This document shows positions 30,592 to 41,068 of a stretch of DNA of 64,000 nt, one piece after another; the stretch's first letter is position 1, and every line of letters begins with the position of its first letter. Location: positions 11,594 to 75,593 of IMG/VR virus record IMGVR_UViG_3300032268_001411; one strand, written 5' to 3'. The DNA comes from a virus. The position numbers and the translations under genes are program-made. The notes beneath the pieces were generated by a model, which did no database searches, had not been told where the DNA came from, and was given only the letters and a program-made list of their open reading frames with translations.

Positions 30592-31269
30592 ATGTCAAAA
30601 CCCTATTTCAAAATCAATTCTGCTACTTATTCGAGTTCTCTTCTAACTATTAATTATACTTTTTGGAGAAACAGAGGTAGTGTTCTAGGTGGATCCGACT
30701 TAACAGTAACAGGTATTTCATCTACTTCTTCATTATCTTTCTATGAACCAGATATTTACAACTTGGGAGGTAAAACAAAATCTATTCAAGTAGTAAACCT
30801 ACAAGGTGGTTCAGGTACTACATATGTCGATCCAGCTGCAATTGTATGGACATTCAGTGGTACGCCATCTACAACTACCAATGCTAAGCTTACAATAGAT
30901 AATACAATCTTAGGTTCTACCCAATTGTCTTCAGTAACAGCATCTAATAGTAATTTAGCGACGTTCTTAAGCTCAATTGCTAGTTCTATCGTTGGTAATA
31001 GCTCTGGGGTTTCTGCTGTTTCAACTTCAACAACCTTAACAGTTAGTGTACCAAATACCGGTAATAAATACAATAATAAAGCCTTAACGATTAATTTGAC
31101 TCAAGGTAGTGGTGGTTCAACAATTGTTGGTACATCAAATCAAGGCTTGACTAATTCTGGCACGTTCTCAGGTGGTGTTACTAATTTCAGTATTGGATTA
31201 TCTACCTTTAGAGGTGGATACGATCAAGAATATACTGTTTCTTCTTCAACATTCTCACTTATCCCATAA
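30592..31269 (+). CDS. Ser/Thr/Gly-rich putative virion protein
   Basis: Composition, beta-rich pattern, late promoter at 30561. Confidence 0.55.
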   Translation: MSKPYFKINSATYSSSLLTINYTFWRNRGSVLGGSDLTVTGISSTSSLSFYEPDIYNLGGKTKSIQVVNLQGGSGTTYVDPAAIVWTFSGTPSTTTNAKLTIDNTILGSTQLSSVTASNSNLATFLSSIASSIVGNSSGVSAVSTSTTLTVSVPNTGNKYNNKALTINLTQGSGGSTIVGTSNQGLTNSGTFSGGVTNFSIGLSTFRGGYDQEYTVSSSTFSLIP

Positions 31270-31276
31270 GAAACTA

Positions 31277-31310
31277 AAAACCTCTTCTTAATTTGGGAAG
31301 AGGTTTTTTT
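31277..31310. terminator. Bidirectional intrinsic terminator
   Basis: AAAACCTCTTC-loop-GAAGAGGTTTTTT. Confidence 0.75.
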
Positions 31311-31350
31311 AATTTAGTTAGAGAGTTCCAGTTTTATTGAAGGTGCTGAT

Positions 31351-32415
31351 TTAATTTGATAACTCACCTTTTATAGCTGGTCCAGATTTATACCCAAGTA
31401 ATTTTATATCATCATATTCAATATCAAAAATAGATTTTTTACTAATTTGTATAGTTGGTAGTTTAAATGTAGGTAAATTAATTTGAAGCTTTGCTTGTTC
31501 TATGTGATTTAAATATATATGCGCATCACCAATAGTAACTATCAATTCATCGGGTATCATATTAACTTCGTCAGATAATAAGTGAAGTAATAGACCATAT
31601 GAGGAAATATTAAAAGGACACCCTAAAAAAACATCGTTTGATCTGATATTGATTTTCAAACTTAATTTTCTTTTTGGAAAATTCAATTCATCTAATTTTT
31701 CCCACGTCATATCATCTCCAAATGAAATATGTTTACCTAAACTATGGCACCATTCTTCAACTCTTTCCACTTCTGTCATTTCATAAGTATAACATTGAAA
31801 GAAGTTATGACACGGCCTCAACGCCATGCTTTTCAGATCAGCCACATTCCAGGCAGATACAATTAAGCCTCTATCATCTGGATTTGTCCTTAGGTCGTTG
31901 ATTAGGTTTGCGATTTGGTCTATTTTTTTAAACTCCATGTAAGTATCGGACTCCATTGATGTATCTTTTCTATTAGATTTCCAACTTCTCCATTGCTGCC
32001 CATACACCGGGCCGAGTTCACCCCACTTATGAGCAAATGCACCATTTGATTGTATTAAAGCAATAAACTCTTCTTTGGTGAAAGGTATTCCATTATCTAA
32101 TCCCGCTGTCTCATTTGGATTTTTACTATGTTCTTTCAAGTACCTTTGATAAGCATCGCCATCCCAGATATGCACACTCCTATCAACTAAATATTTAATA
32201 TTTGTTTCTCCTCTTAAAAACCAAATAAGTTCATGAATTACACCTTTGAAAAAGACTTTTTTTGAAGTTAAAATTGGGAATCCTTCCTGCATATTGAATC
32301 TCATTGTATAGTCGAATACTGAAATGGTGCCTGTACCAGTTCTATCTTTTTTAACTCCACCCTTTGTAAGAATATGTTGAATCAATTCTTTATATTGTTT
32401 ATCTACTGAATTCAT
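31351..32415 (-). CDS. thyA: Thymidylate synthase
   Basis: DRTGTGT, ELIWFLRG, LGPVYGQQWR, ALRPCH, RSNDVFLGCPFN, DAHIYLNH. Confidence 0.95.
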   Translation of the reverse strand: MNSVDKQYKELIQHILTKGGVKKDRTGTGTISVFDYTMRFNMQEGFPILTSKKVFFKGVIHELIWFLRGETNIKYLVDRSVHIWDGDAYQRYLKEHSKNPNETAGLDNGIPFTKEEFIALIQSNGAFAHKWGELGPVYGQQWRSWKSNRKDTSMESDTYMEFKKIDQIANLINDLRTNPDDRGLIVSAWNVADLKSMALRPCHNFFQCYTYEMTEVERVEEWCHSLGKHISFGDDMTWEKLDELNFPKRKLSLKINIRSNDVFLGCPFNISSYGLLLHLLSDEVNMIPDELIVTIGDAHIYLNHIEQAKLQINLPTFKLPTIQISKKSIFDIEYDDIKLLGYKSGPAIKGELSN

Positions 32416-32427
32416 ATAAAAACTTTT

Positions 32428-33240
32428 TTATATTTTATTCGCTTTCTTGGGTTTGTTTATTGAGTAAGGACATTCTTTTTCCCATTTTAGATTGAACCAG
32501 AATGTCCTACCTAGTTTATCCTTACAGGATAAACCTTTTTGATAATAAACCCAACTATCAAATTTTTCTGAATTCGTGTCAATTGGATTGTGCCACGTCA
32601 TTAGTTGACCCCCGTTGAATGAATATGCTGTCTCTGGGACACTTTTACATAAATCTAATATCTGAGGGTGGTTTTGAATTGCTACTCTCCCAGATAGAAA
32701 AGGATTGATATCAGCGTAGTATAGTATGGTACTTCTGATATAGTTACCCACGCCATTAAAGTATTCTTGATTTAAGAGAACTTCACAGATTGGTTTATCA
32801 AATAACTTTTTATCTAAATTATCTATGATATTTTGTTTAAATTTGTCAAAGTCTAAGGTTGGGTCTGCTCCTCTTTTTGTTCCTTTGAAAGGTCCACCTA
32901 CAGAATATTTCGGACCCATCCATCCACCGTATAAAATTAAGGAGTGTCCAGTTTCATCATCGAATCTAAGTCGAATATATTTTGTTAAATCCCAATCTTT
33001 TGTAGTGACATATTTCCAATTACCCATCATTCCCATAAATACGTGTATAGGGAATTTAGAATCTATATCTAAGATTAAGTCTTTTCCATAAGAACGAGCT
33101 TTAATAGTGACATTTTCTAATTGTGTTTGGAATGGTATTGGTATATTTCCCCTTTGCACGTGAAAGGCTCTAATAAATTTATTTTTTGAATTTAGATTTA
33201 TAAAATCTGCGGATATTTTATATTCAGCAATTTCTGGCAT
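32428..33240 (-). CDS. Fpg/Nei-family DNA glycosylase, NEIL1-like
   Basis: Start MPE; YGK; PICEVLLNQEYFNGVGNY; DKLGRTFWF in place of a Cys4 finger. Confidence 0.85.
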   Translation of the reverse strand: MPEIAEYKISADFINLNSKNKFIRAFHVQRGNIPIPFQTQLENVTIKARSYGKDLILDIDSKFPIHVFMGMMGNWKYVTTKDWDLTKYIRLRFDDETGHSLILYGGWMGPKYSVGGPFKGTKRGADPTLDFDKFKQNIIDNLDKKLFDKPICEVLLNQEYFNGVGNYIRSTILYYADINPFLSGRVAIQNHPQILDLCKSVPETAYSFNGGQLMTWHNPIDTNSEKFDSWVYYQKGLSCKDKLGRTFWFNLKWEKECPYSINKPKKANKI

Positions 33241-33298
33241 AAAAATTTTGATTAAAGATTGATTTTCTAAATATATACAATAAAATAAAAAAGAAGTT

Positions 33299-33490
33299 AT
33301 GAAACAAGAAGGAGATTTAATTAAAAGCACTACAAATATTTCCAAAGAAGAACTTAATCTTCTAAGAGAAAAATTTGTAGTAGAGTATTCTAAAAAGAAA
33401 GGTTGGGATAAAAATAACCTATCAACAAATCAAATGATGGAGATTGTTGAACAAAAGCAATACCGGAATCCTGGTATTATCCTAAGTTAA
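33299..33490 (+). CDS. Small hypothetical protein
   Basis: 63-aa ORF behind an AATATATA motif. Confidence 0.6.
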   Translation: MKQEGDLIKSTTNISKEELNLLREKFVVEYSKKKGWDKNNLSTNQMMEIVEQKQYRNPGIILS

Positions 33491-34443
33491 AGTTCATCAA
33501 TATAAATTTTGAGTTCATCTCTTGAACCAATGTATATGTTCCGACCTTCACCTAAATCACAATAACAATCTTGACCATCCCATTCGATTTCAAATGGGTT
33601 ATAATCACAAGAGCTCTTTATGAAATTGTGAATTAAGACTTTTTCAGACTCAATTTTATCATCAGGGAAATCTTCGAGTTCTAAATCAAAGTCTAAATCT
33701 ATATCCAAATCTTCAAAATCCTCAGGTGTATTTCTAATAATTGGTAATGATTCCCAATCAACTTTTACACATGCTTTACAAAGTTTAACAAGATATTGAA
33801 TATCTTGTTTTTCATTTGTAGTGTGTTCACCATAATAACCTACTGAGATATTAGTACACTCATTTACAATATCTATAAATTGAGCAGAATCTGTTAAAAC
33901 ACCAGTATCATCTGGTACTAATTGCAAAGTCTCATCCGCCTTACTAAATTCCTCTGAGAGTGCAAGTGCAAATTGATTAGAACAACATCTTCCCATCCAT
34001 TGTTCGGTGATAATTGAATGTGTACCCCTTCTATCAAATGAAACTACTTTAGTGATCATCTTTTCTCTAAAATCACTGGACAAGGCACGGCTTCCGATAC
34101 ATCCTACTTCTTCACCTTTGAAGAAATAATAAAGCCCTGGTACTTTTTGATTTATCATATAGAGTAGTACAGTCATTCCGGCTTTATCGTCTGCTCCTAA
34201 AATAGTTGTACCATCTGATTGGATATAATTATCTTTAAAAGTATGTTTGATATTGACGAATTCTCTTGAGGCTGTATCTAAGTGACAAGTAAACATGGTT
34301 GAATACCCTTCACCGATGCTTATGAAGTAGTTACCAAATTTGTCCTTTTTACATCCGTTTGGTAGAAATCTTTCTAAGAGGTGTTCCATACCGTAGGGAA
34401 TGGTTGTTTTGGTTAGTTGTAAAAACTTTTTCTTAATTCTCAT
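33487..34443 (-). CDS. M28/M20-like metallopeptidase
   Basis: CHLDT, LGADDKAG, GEEVG, FDRRG, NISVGYYGEH. Confidence 0.85.
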   Translation of the reverse strand: MRIKKKFLQLTKTTIPYGMEHLLERFLPNGCKKDKFGNYFISIGEGYSTMFTCHLDTASREFVNIKHTFKDNYIQSDGTTILGADDKAGMTVLLYMINQKVPGLYYFFKGEEVGCIGSRALSSDFREKMITKVVSFDRRGTHSIITEQWMGRCCSNQFALALSEEFSKADETLQLVPDDTGVLTDSAQFIDIVNECTNISVGYYGEHTTNEKQDIQYLVKLCKACVKVDWESLPIIRNTPEDFEDLDIDLDFDLELEDFPDDKIESEKVLIHNFIKSSCDYNPFEIEWDGQDCYCDLGEGRNIYIGSRDELKIYIDEL

Positions 34444-34548
34444 TTAACATTATTTAAAATATGTCTGCAAATATATTAATTATTTTCTATTTGTCCTAAT
34501 TTTCAAACAAAAAAATTAAAATAAACTATAATAAAAAAAATCTTTTTA

Positions 34549-35301
34549 ATGAACAATACTCATGTACCAAAATTCACCTATGTCATACCTTTCAGATATA
34601 GAGCTGATAGAATTATTCCACTAAGAAGAGTTGTCGATTTAATAAACGGATTTCAAGGTTCTGAAATCATGATTATTGAACAAGATAAACACTCTAAAAT
34701 CTCACACTTAAATTTAAAAGCTAAACATATTTTCATCGAAAGTGATTTACCTTTCAATAAGTCTTGGGCTTACAATGTTGCTCTTAAAAGAGTTATTTCT
34801 CCAGTAATTATTTTTGCTGATGCTGACTTTATTATGAATCCAAATGAGCTTATAGAATCTTTAAAGGCTTTAGAGGATTGTGATTGTGTTATACCTACTT
34901 CTAATATTGTAAATTTAACACCGGCTGAAAGTGCTGGTGACTTGAATCAAATATTTTCTATCAAGAAACCTGGTTATAAATCTGCCCTTACAAATGGCGC
35001 AGTTTTATTTAAAAAGGAAGCTATTCAAAAAATTGGTGGTTGGAATGAGGATTTTATAGGAATAAGTCAAGAGAATCAATTCCAGGACATAAAAATAAAA
35101 GCTTTATTGAACTTTAAGGAACTCCATTATACGGGTTATCATTTGTTTCACAGACAAGATCCACCTGATTCTACATTTTTTCAGCGTAATAATCAAATAA
35201 TGGATACTTATAGAAATGCTACATCTGATATTTTAAATCAACATATTTCTCAAACTGTTTATAAGATGGGATTTAAGAATAAATTTTCCGGTTTATATTA
35301 A
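34549..35301 (+). CDS. Glycosyltransferase (GT2/GT7-like)
   Basis: VIPFR, FNKSWAYN, FADAD, IGGWNEDFIG. Confidence 0.8.
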   Translation: MNNTHVPKFTYVIPFRYRADRIIPLRRVVDLINGFQGSEIMIIEQDKHSKISHLNLKAKHIFIESDLPFNKSWAYNVALKRVISPVIIFADADFIMNPNELIESLKALEDCDCVIPTSNIVNLTPAESAGDLNQIFSIKKPGYKSALTNGAVLFKKEAIQKIGGWNEDFIGISQENQFQDIKIKALLNFKELHYTGYHLFHRQDPPDSTFFQRNNQIMDTYRNATSDILNQHISQTVYKMGFKNKFSGLY

Positions 35302-35334
35302 TCAAAAAAGGATATATTTCAAAAATATATCCTT

Positions 35335-35907
35335 TTATTTTGTTTCTACTCTAAGTTTTTCATACTTCATTAATAACTTGTAGAGTTTATCCCATTCTAT
35401 TTCAATATTACCAACTTCCTTTTTAACCCAATTGTTGTTATTATAGTATTCGACTACCATTCCCTTTCTGAGTTCTTCTTTTTTCTTTGGAAAATAGTAT
35501 TTCTTATTTTCTAAAAAAGTAAATGACATACCATTATAAAGATAAGTTCTATCTTTCATTTCTGAATCATATAGCACTAAACTTAGATTCTTTTCAGAAC
35601 CATCAGACATAATTTTATTTACAAAATCATAATCACGATATTTAACTATTACAGATTCTTGCTCGAATTTGTCCATAAGATAAATAGCATCAAATCTTAG
35701 ATTATCATTAGTATCTTCTGTGAAGGCTAGAAATGCCTTTTCATGCCTATTTTTGTAATATCCTTGTACTTGTAAGATAGTATAGTCTTTTGAGTAAAGA
35801 ATACTGCAAATTCTTTCACAATTGACATCATTCTCTAATTTTGAGTTATAGGATTTTTCTGGAGAGATGAGTATATAGCTTAATTTCTTATCTAATAGAT
35901 TTAACAT
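35335..35907 (-). CDS. Hypothetical protein
   Basis: 190-aa ORF; late promoter at 35912. Confidence 0.7.
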   Translation of the reverse strand: MLNLLDKKLSYILISPEKSYNSKLENDVNCERICSILYSKDYTILQVQGYYKNRHEKAFLAFTEDTNDNLRFDAIYLMDKFEQESVIVKYRDYDFVNKIMSDGSEKNLSLVLYDSEMKDRTYLYNGMSFTFLENKKYYFPKKKEELRKGMVVEYYNNNNWVKKEVGNIEIEWDKLYKLLMKYEKLRVETK

Positions 35908-35939
35908 AGCTTATATATTAAATAAGTCAAGTATAAAAA

Positions 35940-37187
35940 TCAAAAATTAAATTCTTCTTTAATTTTTTGATTAAAAATTTGTTCTATTTTCAATTTATGT
36001 TTTTTCGCACAGATTATACTATCGTGTACAGTAATCAATTTTACTTCTGGATAGATATCCATTACTTCCTTAATAATTTTATTAAAGATTAAATTTGATT
36101 CCAAGTGTTGTAGCTTGTGCGCTAAGATTTTATAGTTTTTATTTTTGGTTTTAAAGTCTTTAATAAAATCATAAATTGTTGGAAAAAATTTAGAGAATAA
36201 TTTGGTTGACTTCGAATTATTATTTTTGCCAAAAAGTACTTTATAGATATGTTCTTTTATAACCCCCTTTTCCTTAATCTCGGAATTATCAATAAAGAAG
36301 TCGTAGAAAAGTCCATTTATTGTAAGATATCTAAATAGATTCAATTCTGATAGGGATATTCTATTATCATCTACACTATTTATAATTAGGTTAAGAAAAA
36401 GTGGCTGACTATTTTTAATGTCAAATTCGATAGTCTCATCCCCTTCTATTTTTAGACAATTTTTTCTGATAAATGATTTAAGAATAGTAAAATTGGTATG
36501 AAATCTACCAAAGTCATCAAAATGATAAAAGAGTTGATTCACATTAATACATTCAACACTATATTTATTTCTATTGTAGATATCGACATCTTGTAAAGTA
36601 GAATCTAAAAAGAAAATTGATTTTTCATATTCGATTTCCACTGAATACAAATCATTAATTAATTTGATTTTAACTTCTGGTAAAATTTTATTACTAAGAT
36701 TCTTCTCTACTTCTATTTCAGATATAGAATTTTTGTGTTTTTTTAATAAAACTTTATCATAGTTTCTATAACGATTGATTTTACCACCAATTATATCATC
36801 ACTCAATTTATAAATTCTGGAGTTTTTTCCTTGTAGATAATTTTGAACTAAAATTAAATGGTTTACATTTACCAAATAGTCAATATAGTAGTTATATAAG
36901 TATCCATATTTATCTTTTAGTACAATTGAAGATAAATTAAACAGATTTTCTTTTTTGAAATAGTATTTTAGGATTAAGGTGTGTACTAAATCTATGATGT
37001 AGGCGGATTTTAGCTTCTTTTCTTTCCATTCAAAAAATTCCGAATTGGATAAACTGGATAATGATTGTGGTAAAAATTGAACACTGAATTTCTTTTCAGT
37101 TTTTTTGATTTCGAATTTTACCTTAGGTTTATATTCTATGACTTCACACATATCAATTATAAATTGATATGTGTGAAGTGTTTTCAC
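35940..37187 (-). CDS. Family-A polymerase-like palm protein
   Basis: DFGRFHT, EFDIKNSQP, KVLFG, LQHLES, TVHDSI. Confidence 0.6.
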   Translation of the reverse strand: MKTLHTYQFIIDMCEVIEYKPKVKFEIKKTEKKFSVQFLPQSLSSLSNSEFFEWKEKKLKSAYIIDLVHTLILKYYFKKENLFNLSSIVLKDKYGYLYNYYIDYLVNVNHLILVQNYLQGKNSRIYKLSDDIIGGKINRYRNYDKVLLKKHKNSISEIEVEKNLSNKILPEVKIKLINDLYSVEIEYEKSIFFLDSTLQDVDIYNRNKYSVECINVNQLFYHFDDFGRFHTNFTILKSFIRKNCLKIEGDETIEFDIKNSQPLFLNLIINSVDDNRISLSELNLFRYLTINGLFYDFFIDNSEIKEKGVIKEHIYKVLFGKNNNSKSTKLFSKFFPTIYDFIKDFKTKNKNYKILAHKLQHLESNLIFNKIIKEVMDIYPEVKLITVHDSIICAKKHKLKIEQIFNQKIKEEFNF

Positions 37188-37238
37188 CTTTCAAAAGTTT
37201 AGTTAATATTTTATTAAAATTAAAAAAACTGGAATTTT

Positions 37239-38567
37239 TTAAATTCCAGCTTTCATATCTTTACCTTTATCCGGTACTCCACCTAACTTACCTTTTTTCT
37301 TTTTAGTTTCTTCACCTTCCTTTTCAATTTCATTGTAAACATCTGGATATACCTGTTCGGCACCATCAACGTCATATTTTACGTCAAACCATTTTGAAAA
37401 ATCAACTAAACCTGTTCTCATTAATTCCGTTTCACCTTTTCTTTTATAGAACTCATCTATTTTAGATTGAATTTTATCAACAAAGGTATTGAAAATTACT
37501 AAAGTTGCATCAGTAAATAAACCAACTGGTTTTTTCCTTTTTTTATTGAATGAACCTAAAATCACTTTGAAAATATATTCGAACTTTTTATTTTCACTAA
37601 TGATTTCTTTAGTCATTTTATTTGGAATTAGTTCTGTGTTGATTCTGAATTTATCTTTATCGAAAAATTGAGGTACAACAAAGTCAAAATTCATAAGGTC
37701 TTCTTTAACTTCAGTTAAATAGATGTTAAAAATTTTACATATTAGGTAGATATAAATTTCTTCTCTTTTAGAACCTTTCAATTTAATCTCATTCATGTTT
37801 ATCGACCCACAGAAGTTTAAAAAATTAATTAAGATTAAACTATAGATTTCAACGAAATCGGTTGAATTTGATTCTGAAAATCTAGTATATAGTGGATTCA
37901 ATATTTCGAATGATACATCTAATCCATCAACATTAATTACAATTTTCTCAAGGTTCTTTTGAAAATCATCATTCATTAAAAATGAATTTTTGATTTGAGG
38001 ATTCAGTAATTTATAGAAGAAGTAGGCAAACGATTTTTCACCGAACACATATTCCAAATCCCCCTCACTTGTATTTAAGAAGTATTTGATAGCTTCTTTT
38101 GAGTGACTATTTAATGTGCCTTTAAAGATATAAGGAATTACATCTACTTCAAATAGTCTTGAATATTCGTCTAATTCTTCTGGTGTATAGTTAAATTTGC
38201 CGTTTTTGCAAATAGAAGTAAGTACGAGATTATTTTTTGGTATTCTGTTGTATTCAATGTTGGCTGGCTGTGGATCTGGAAAAAATTCAAAACAAAACCA
38301 CCATTTTTTATCCATTAGACCCTTTACTCGGTCGCTAAAACTAAGAAAATAGTTTATAGCTTTATTATAGTAATTTTGTAGAGTTAGATCTATTAGATTG
38401 AGTGGATCGTTAGAAATAGATTTGGCTTTTATTTGAAATTCTTGACCATTCCAGTTAACGAATATTTTAGAACCTTGTATGTCTTCGAATACGGTGATTT
38501 CTGAATTAAGAATTTTATCGATTAATTCGTCATCTTTAATTTGATTTAAAGTTATTAATTTACCCAT
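37239..38567 (-). CDS. Hypothetical protein, possibly a degenerate RNA-ligase-like fold
   Basis: FEDIQGSKI in place of EKxDG; FEFF; VIPYIFKG. Confidence 0.4.
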   Translation of the reverse strand: MGKLITLNQIKDDELIDKILNSEITVFEDIQGSKIFVNWNGQEFQIKAKSISNDPLNLIDLTLQNYYNKAINYFLSFSDRVKGLMDKKWWFCFEFFPDPQPANIEYNRIPKNNLVLTSICKNGKFNYTPEELDEYSRLFEVDVIPYIFKGTLNSHSKEAIKYFLNTSEGDLEYVFGEKSFAYFFYKLLNPQIKNSFLMNDDFQKNLEKIVINVDGLDVSFEILNPLYTRFSESNSTDFVEIYSLILINFLNFCGSINMNEIKLKGSKREEIYIYLICKIFNIYLTEVKEDLMNFDFVVPQFFDKDKFRINTELIPNKMTKEIISENKKFEYIFKVILGSFNKKRKKPVGLFTDATLVIFNTFVDKIQSKIDEFYKRKGETELMRTGLVDFSKWFDVKYDVDGAEQVYPDVYNEIEKEGEETKKKKGKLGGVPDKGKDMKAGI

Positions 38568-38632
38568 ATAGATTAATTTTTTGTTTTTAATTTTCTATTA
38601 TTTAATATATATAAAAAAAAGTAAGTTTAATT

Positions 38633-39265
38633 TTGAAATACTTAAAAAAATATGGACTATTTGAATCTAATACAGAGATTGATTCAATTTGCCAAAAATA
38701 TGGTATACAAAACTACACTATTAATGGAGATGGAACGGTTGATGTTGATGGAGATGTTGATCTGTATAATAGAGGATTAACTAAACTTCCACTAAAATTT
38801 GGAAAGGTAAGTGGTAATTTTTATTGTTCTTATAATAAATTTACTACATTAGAGGGTTGTCCAAGGGAAGTAGTTGGTGATTTTTATTGTCACAGGAATC
38901 AATTAACTACATTAGAGGGTTGTCCAAAGGAAGTAGGTGGTAGTTTTGATTGTTCCCATAATCAATTAACTACATTAGAGGGTTGTCCAGGGGAAGTAGG
39001 TGGGTATTTTGATTGTGTAAATAATCAATTAACTATTATTAAAGGGGAATTGGAGTTTGTTAATATCAAAGTACCTCCCAATATTGAAAATAATCCTATA
39101 CAAGAAGTTTATCAATTATTTCCCACTTTCAAATCATTTCAATATAGTCTAGATTATAATTACTTTAGATCTCCAAATCAAATTGTTAAACATAGATTTG
39201 AGGAAGCTTGCCAAGAAGCAGGTATAAAAATCCCGAAAAAAATAAAAGGATACCAATACATATGA
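38633..39265 (+). CDS. 22-aa LRR-like repeat protein with CTS-like leader
   Basis: TTG start; NQLTTLEGCPxEVGGxFxC repeats. Confidence 0.8.
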   Translation: MKYLKKYGLFESNTEIDSICQKYGIQNYTINGDGTVDVDGDVDLYNRGLTKLPLKFGKVSGNFYCSYNKFTTLEGCPREVVGDFYCHRNQLTTLEGCPKEVGGSFDCSHNQLTTLEGCPGEVGGYFDCVNNQLTIIKGELEFVNIKVPPNIENNPIQEVYQLFPTFKSFQYSLDYNYFRSPNQIVKHRFEEACQEAGIKIPKKIKGYQYI

Positions 39266-39651
39266 AATACTTAAAAAAATATGGACTATTTGAATCAAAC
39301 AAGCCAAACTACCAAACGCTTCAAATAGGAGATTTTAAAGCTTATCGTGGAAGAGACGCCTCAGCAAATGAATATGTTACATTTCAATTAGCTGATGAAA
39401 ATGACTTATGGTTTCACGCAAAAGGAGTACCAGGTAGTCACTTAGTTATTAAAGTAGATGATAAATTAGTCACACCGGAAATAATTCAAAGTGCATCAGA
39501 AATCGTTGCTAAAAATTCTAAAACAAAAGAAAAAGAAGTTCAAGTAGTGTATTGCCAAAAGAAATTCGTGACTAAAGTTCAAGGAACTAATTTAGGACAA
39601 GTTAATGTTGATAAAATCAATGCTTATGAAATAACCGTTTCAATAAATTAA
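39262..39651 (+). CDS. Stand-alone NFACT-R (DUF814) RNA-binding domain protein with CTS-like leader
   Basis: GRDASANEYVT..DLWFHAKGVPGSHLVI; ATG at 39262. Confidence 0.85.
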   Translation: MKYLKKYGLFESNKPNYQTLQIGDFKAYRGRDASANEYVTFQLADENDLWFHAKGVPGSHLVIKVDDKLVTPEIIQSASEIVAKNSKTKEKEVQVVYCQKKFVTKVQGTNLGQVNVDKINAYEITVSIN

Positions 39652-39680
39652 TATATACAAATAAATATTATCTAAATCTA

Positions 39681-41066
39681 ATGGGATTTTGGAAAGACCA
39701 ACAACAAAAACAATTCGAAGGAGGTAGAGTCATAAAATTTACTGATGATTTTTGGCAAATGCTCGATAGAATTGCCATCGGCGCTCGAGGCAAAGGACAC
39801 GAAAAATTAATTTGGGATATATCAGGATTAGACTCAAATTCAACTATAAAAAACCCCATGGGAGTTGAACAAGTAGATATGTCAGATAACCAGTGGCACT
39901 TCGACCTAATAGTAAATGGTAAAAAAACAAAAATAAAAGTCTCTCAATTTATTAGAAACTTCTTCGGCGATGAATTCGATAGAAACGAAATCTATGACTT
40001 CACTCTTGAATACAACAAAATCATAGACAACCTAACAGAGTCTGATACATCTAATAGAATTACACCAAGACAATTTAAGTTTGAACCACTCAATGTAAGA
40101 GATACCTTTATTTCCCTTGTCACAGAAACCTATCCAATGGGTCACGAAGATGAACTACTACCATATATTACACCAGGACTTAAAAGAGATAAATTCGGTA
40201 ACTATTATTATATAATTGGTGATAGTGATACAGCTTTTACTTGCCACTTAGATACAGCATCAAGAAATAAAACTAATGTCAATTTAGTTTCACACCAAAA
40301 AGATGGACAAGATTTTATTATAACTGATAAAACATCCATTTTAGGGGCAGATGATAAGGCTGGTGTTACAATCCTAATGTATATGATTGCTAAAAAAATA
40401 CCAGGTGTTTATTGGTTTTTCTATGGTGAAGAAAGAGGTGGTCAGGGTTCGGCTAAAGTAGCAAATAACTTTGAAAACTATAAATTTATGAAAGGTATCA
40501 AAAAAATGATATCCTTTGATAGAAGAAATTACTACTCAGTAATCACTCAGCAAATGAATTTACAATGTTGCTCAAATGAATTTGCTGATAATCTTTGTAA
40601 AGAACTAAATAAAAGTGGATTAAAATTAAACTTAGATCCAACCGGTGTATTTACTGATTCAGCTAATTTTATTGATTTAATTCCTGAATGTACTAATGTA
40701 TCTGTGGGTTATTTTAACGAACATACACACGATGAAATGCAAAACATAACTTACTTAGAGAAATTATGTAAAGCTTGTGTAAATGTAAATTGGAAAGGAT
40801 TGAAATCTTATAGAAAGATTGGTTTAGATGATGATGTATTCTTAAAATATAGTAGACTAATTAAAGTCTTAAAAAGAAATACTTTTTATAATAGTGATAG
40901 TACCAAGGGTTCTGCTGGAAAACTCTTGATACAATTAGAGATTGTTGATTCAGATCCAGATCACCTTTATCAGGATTTGGTAGACCTACAAAAAATATTT
41001 GCAACACACAGATTGGATCCAGATATTACATTTGATGAACAATTTATAAAAATTGAATTAAGTTAA
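39681..41066 (+). CDS. M28/M20-like metallopeptidase with extra N-terminal domain
   Basis: CHLDT, LGADDKAG, GEERG, FDRR, NVSVGYFNEH. Confidence 0.85.
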   Translation: MGFWKDQQQKQFEGGRVIKFTDDFWQMLDRIAIGARGKGHEKLIWDISGLDSNSTIKNPMGVEQVDMSDNQWHFDLIVNGKKTKIKVSQFIRNFFGDEFDRNEIYDFTLEYNKIIDNLTESDTSNRITPRQFKFEPLNVRDTFISLVTETYPMGHEDELLPYITPGLKRDKFGNYYYIIGDSDTAFTCHLDTASRNKTNVNLVSHQKDGQDFIITDKTSILGADDKAGVTILMYMIAKKIPGVYWFFYGEERGGQGSAKVANNFENYKFMKGIKKMISFDRRNYYSVITQQMNLQCCSNEFADNLCKELNKSGLKLNLDPTGVFTDSANFIDLIPECTNVSVGYFNEHTHDEMQNITYLEKLCKACVNVNWKGLKSYRKIGLDDDVFLKYSRLIKVLKRNTFYNSDSTKGSAGKLLIQLEIVDSDPDHLYQDLVDLQKIFATHRLDPDITFDEQFIKIELS

Positions 41067-41068
41067 AA

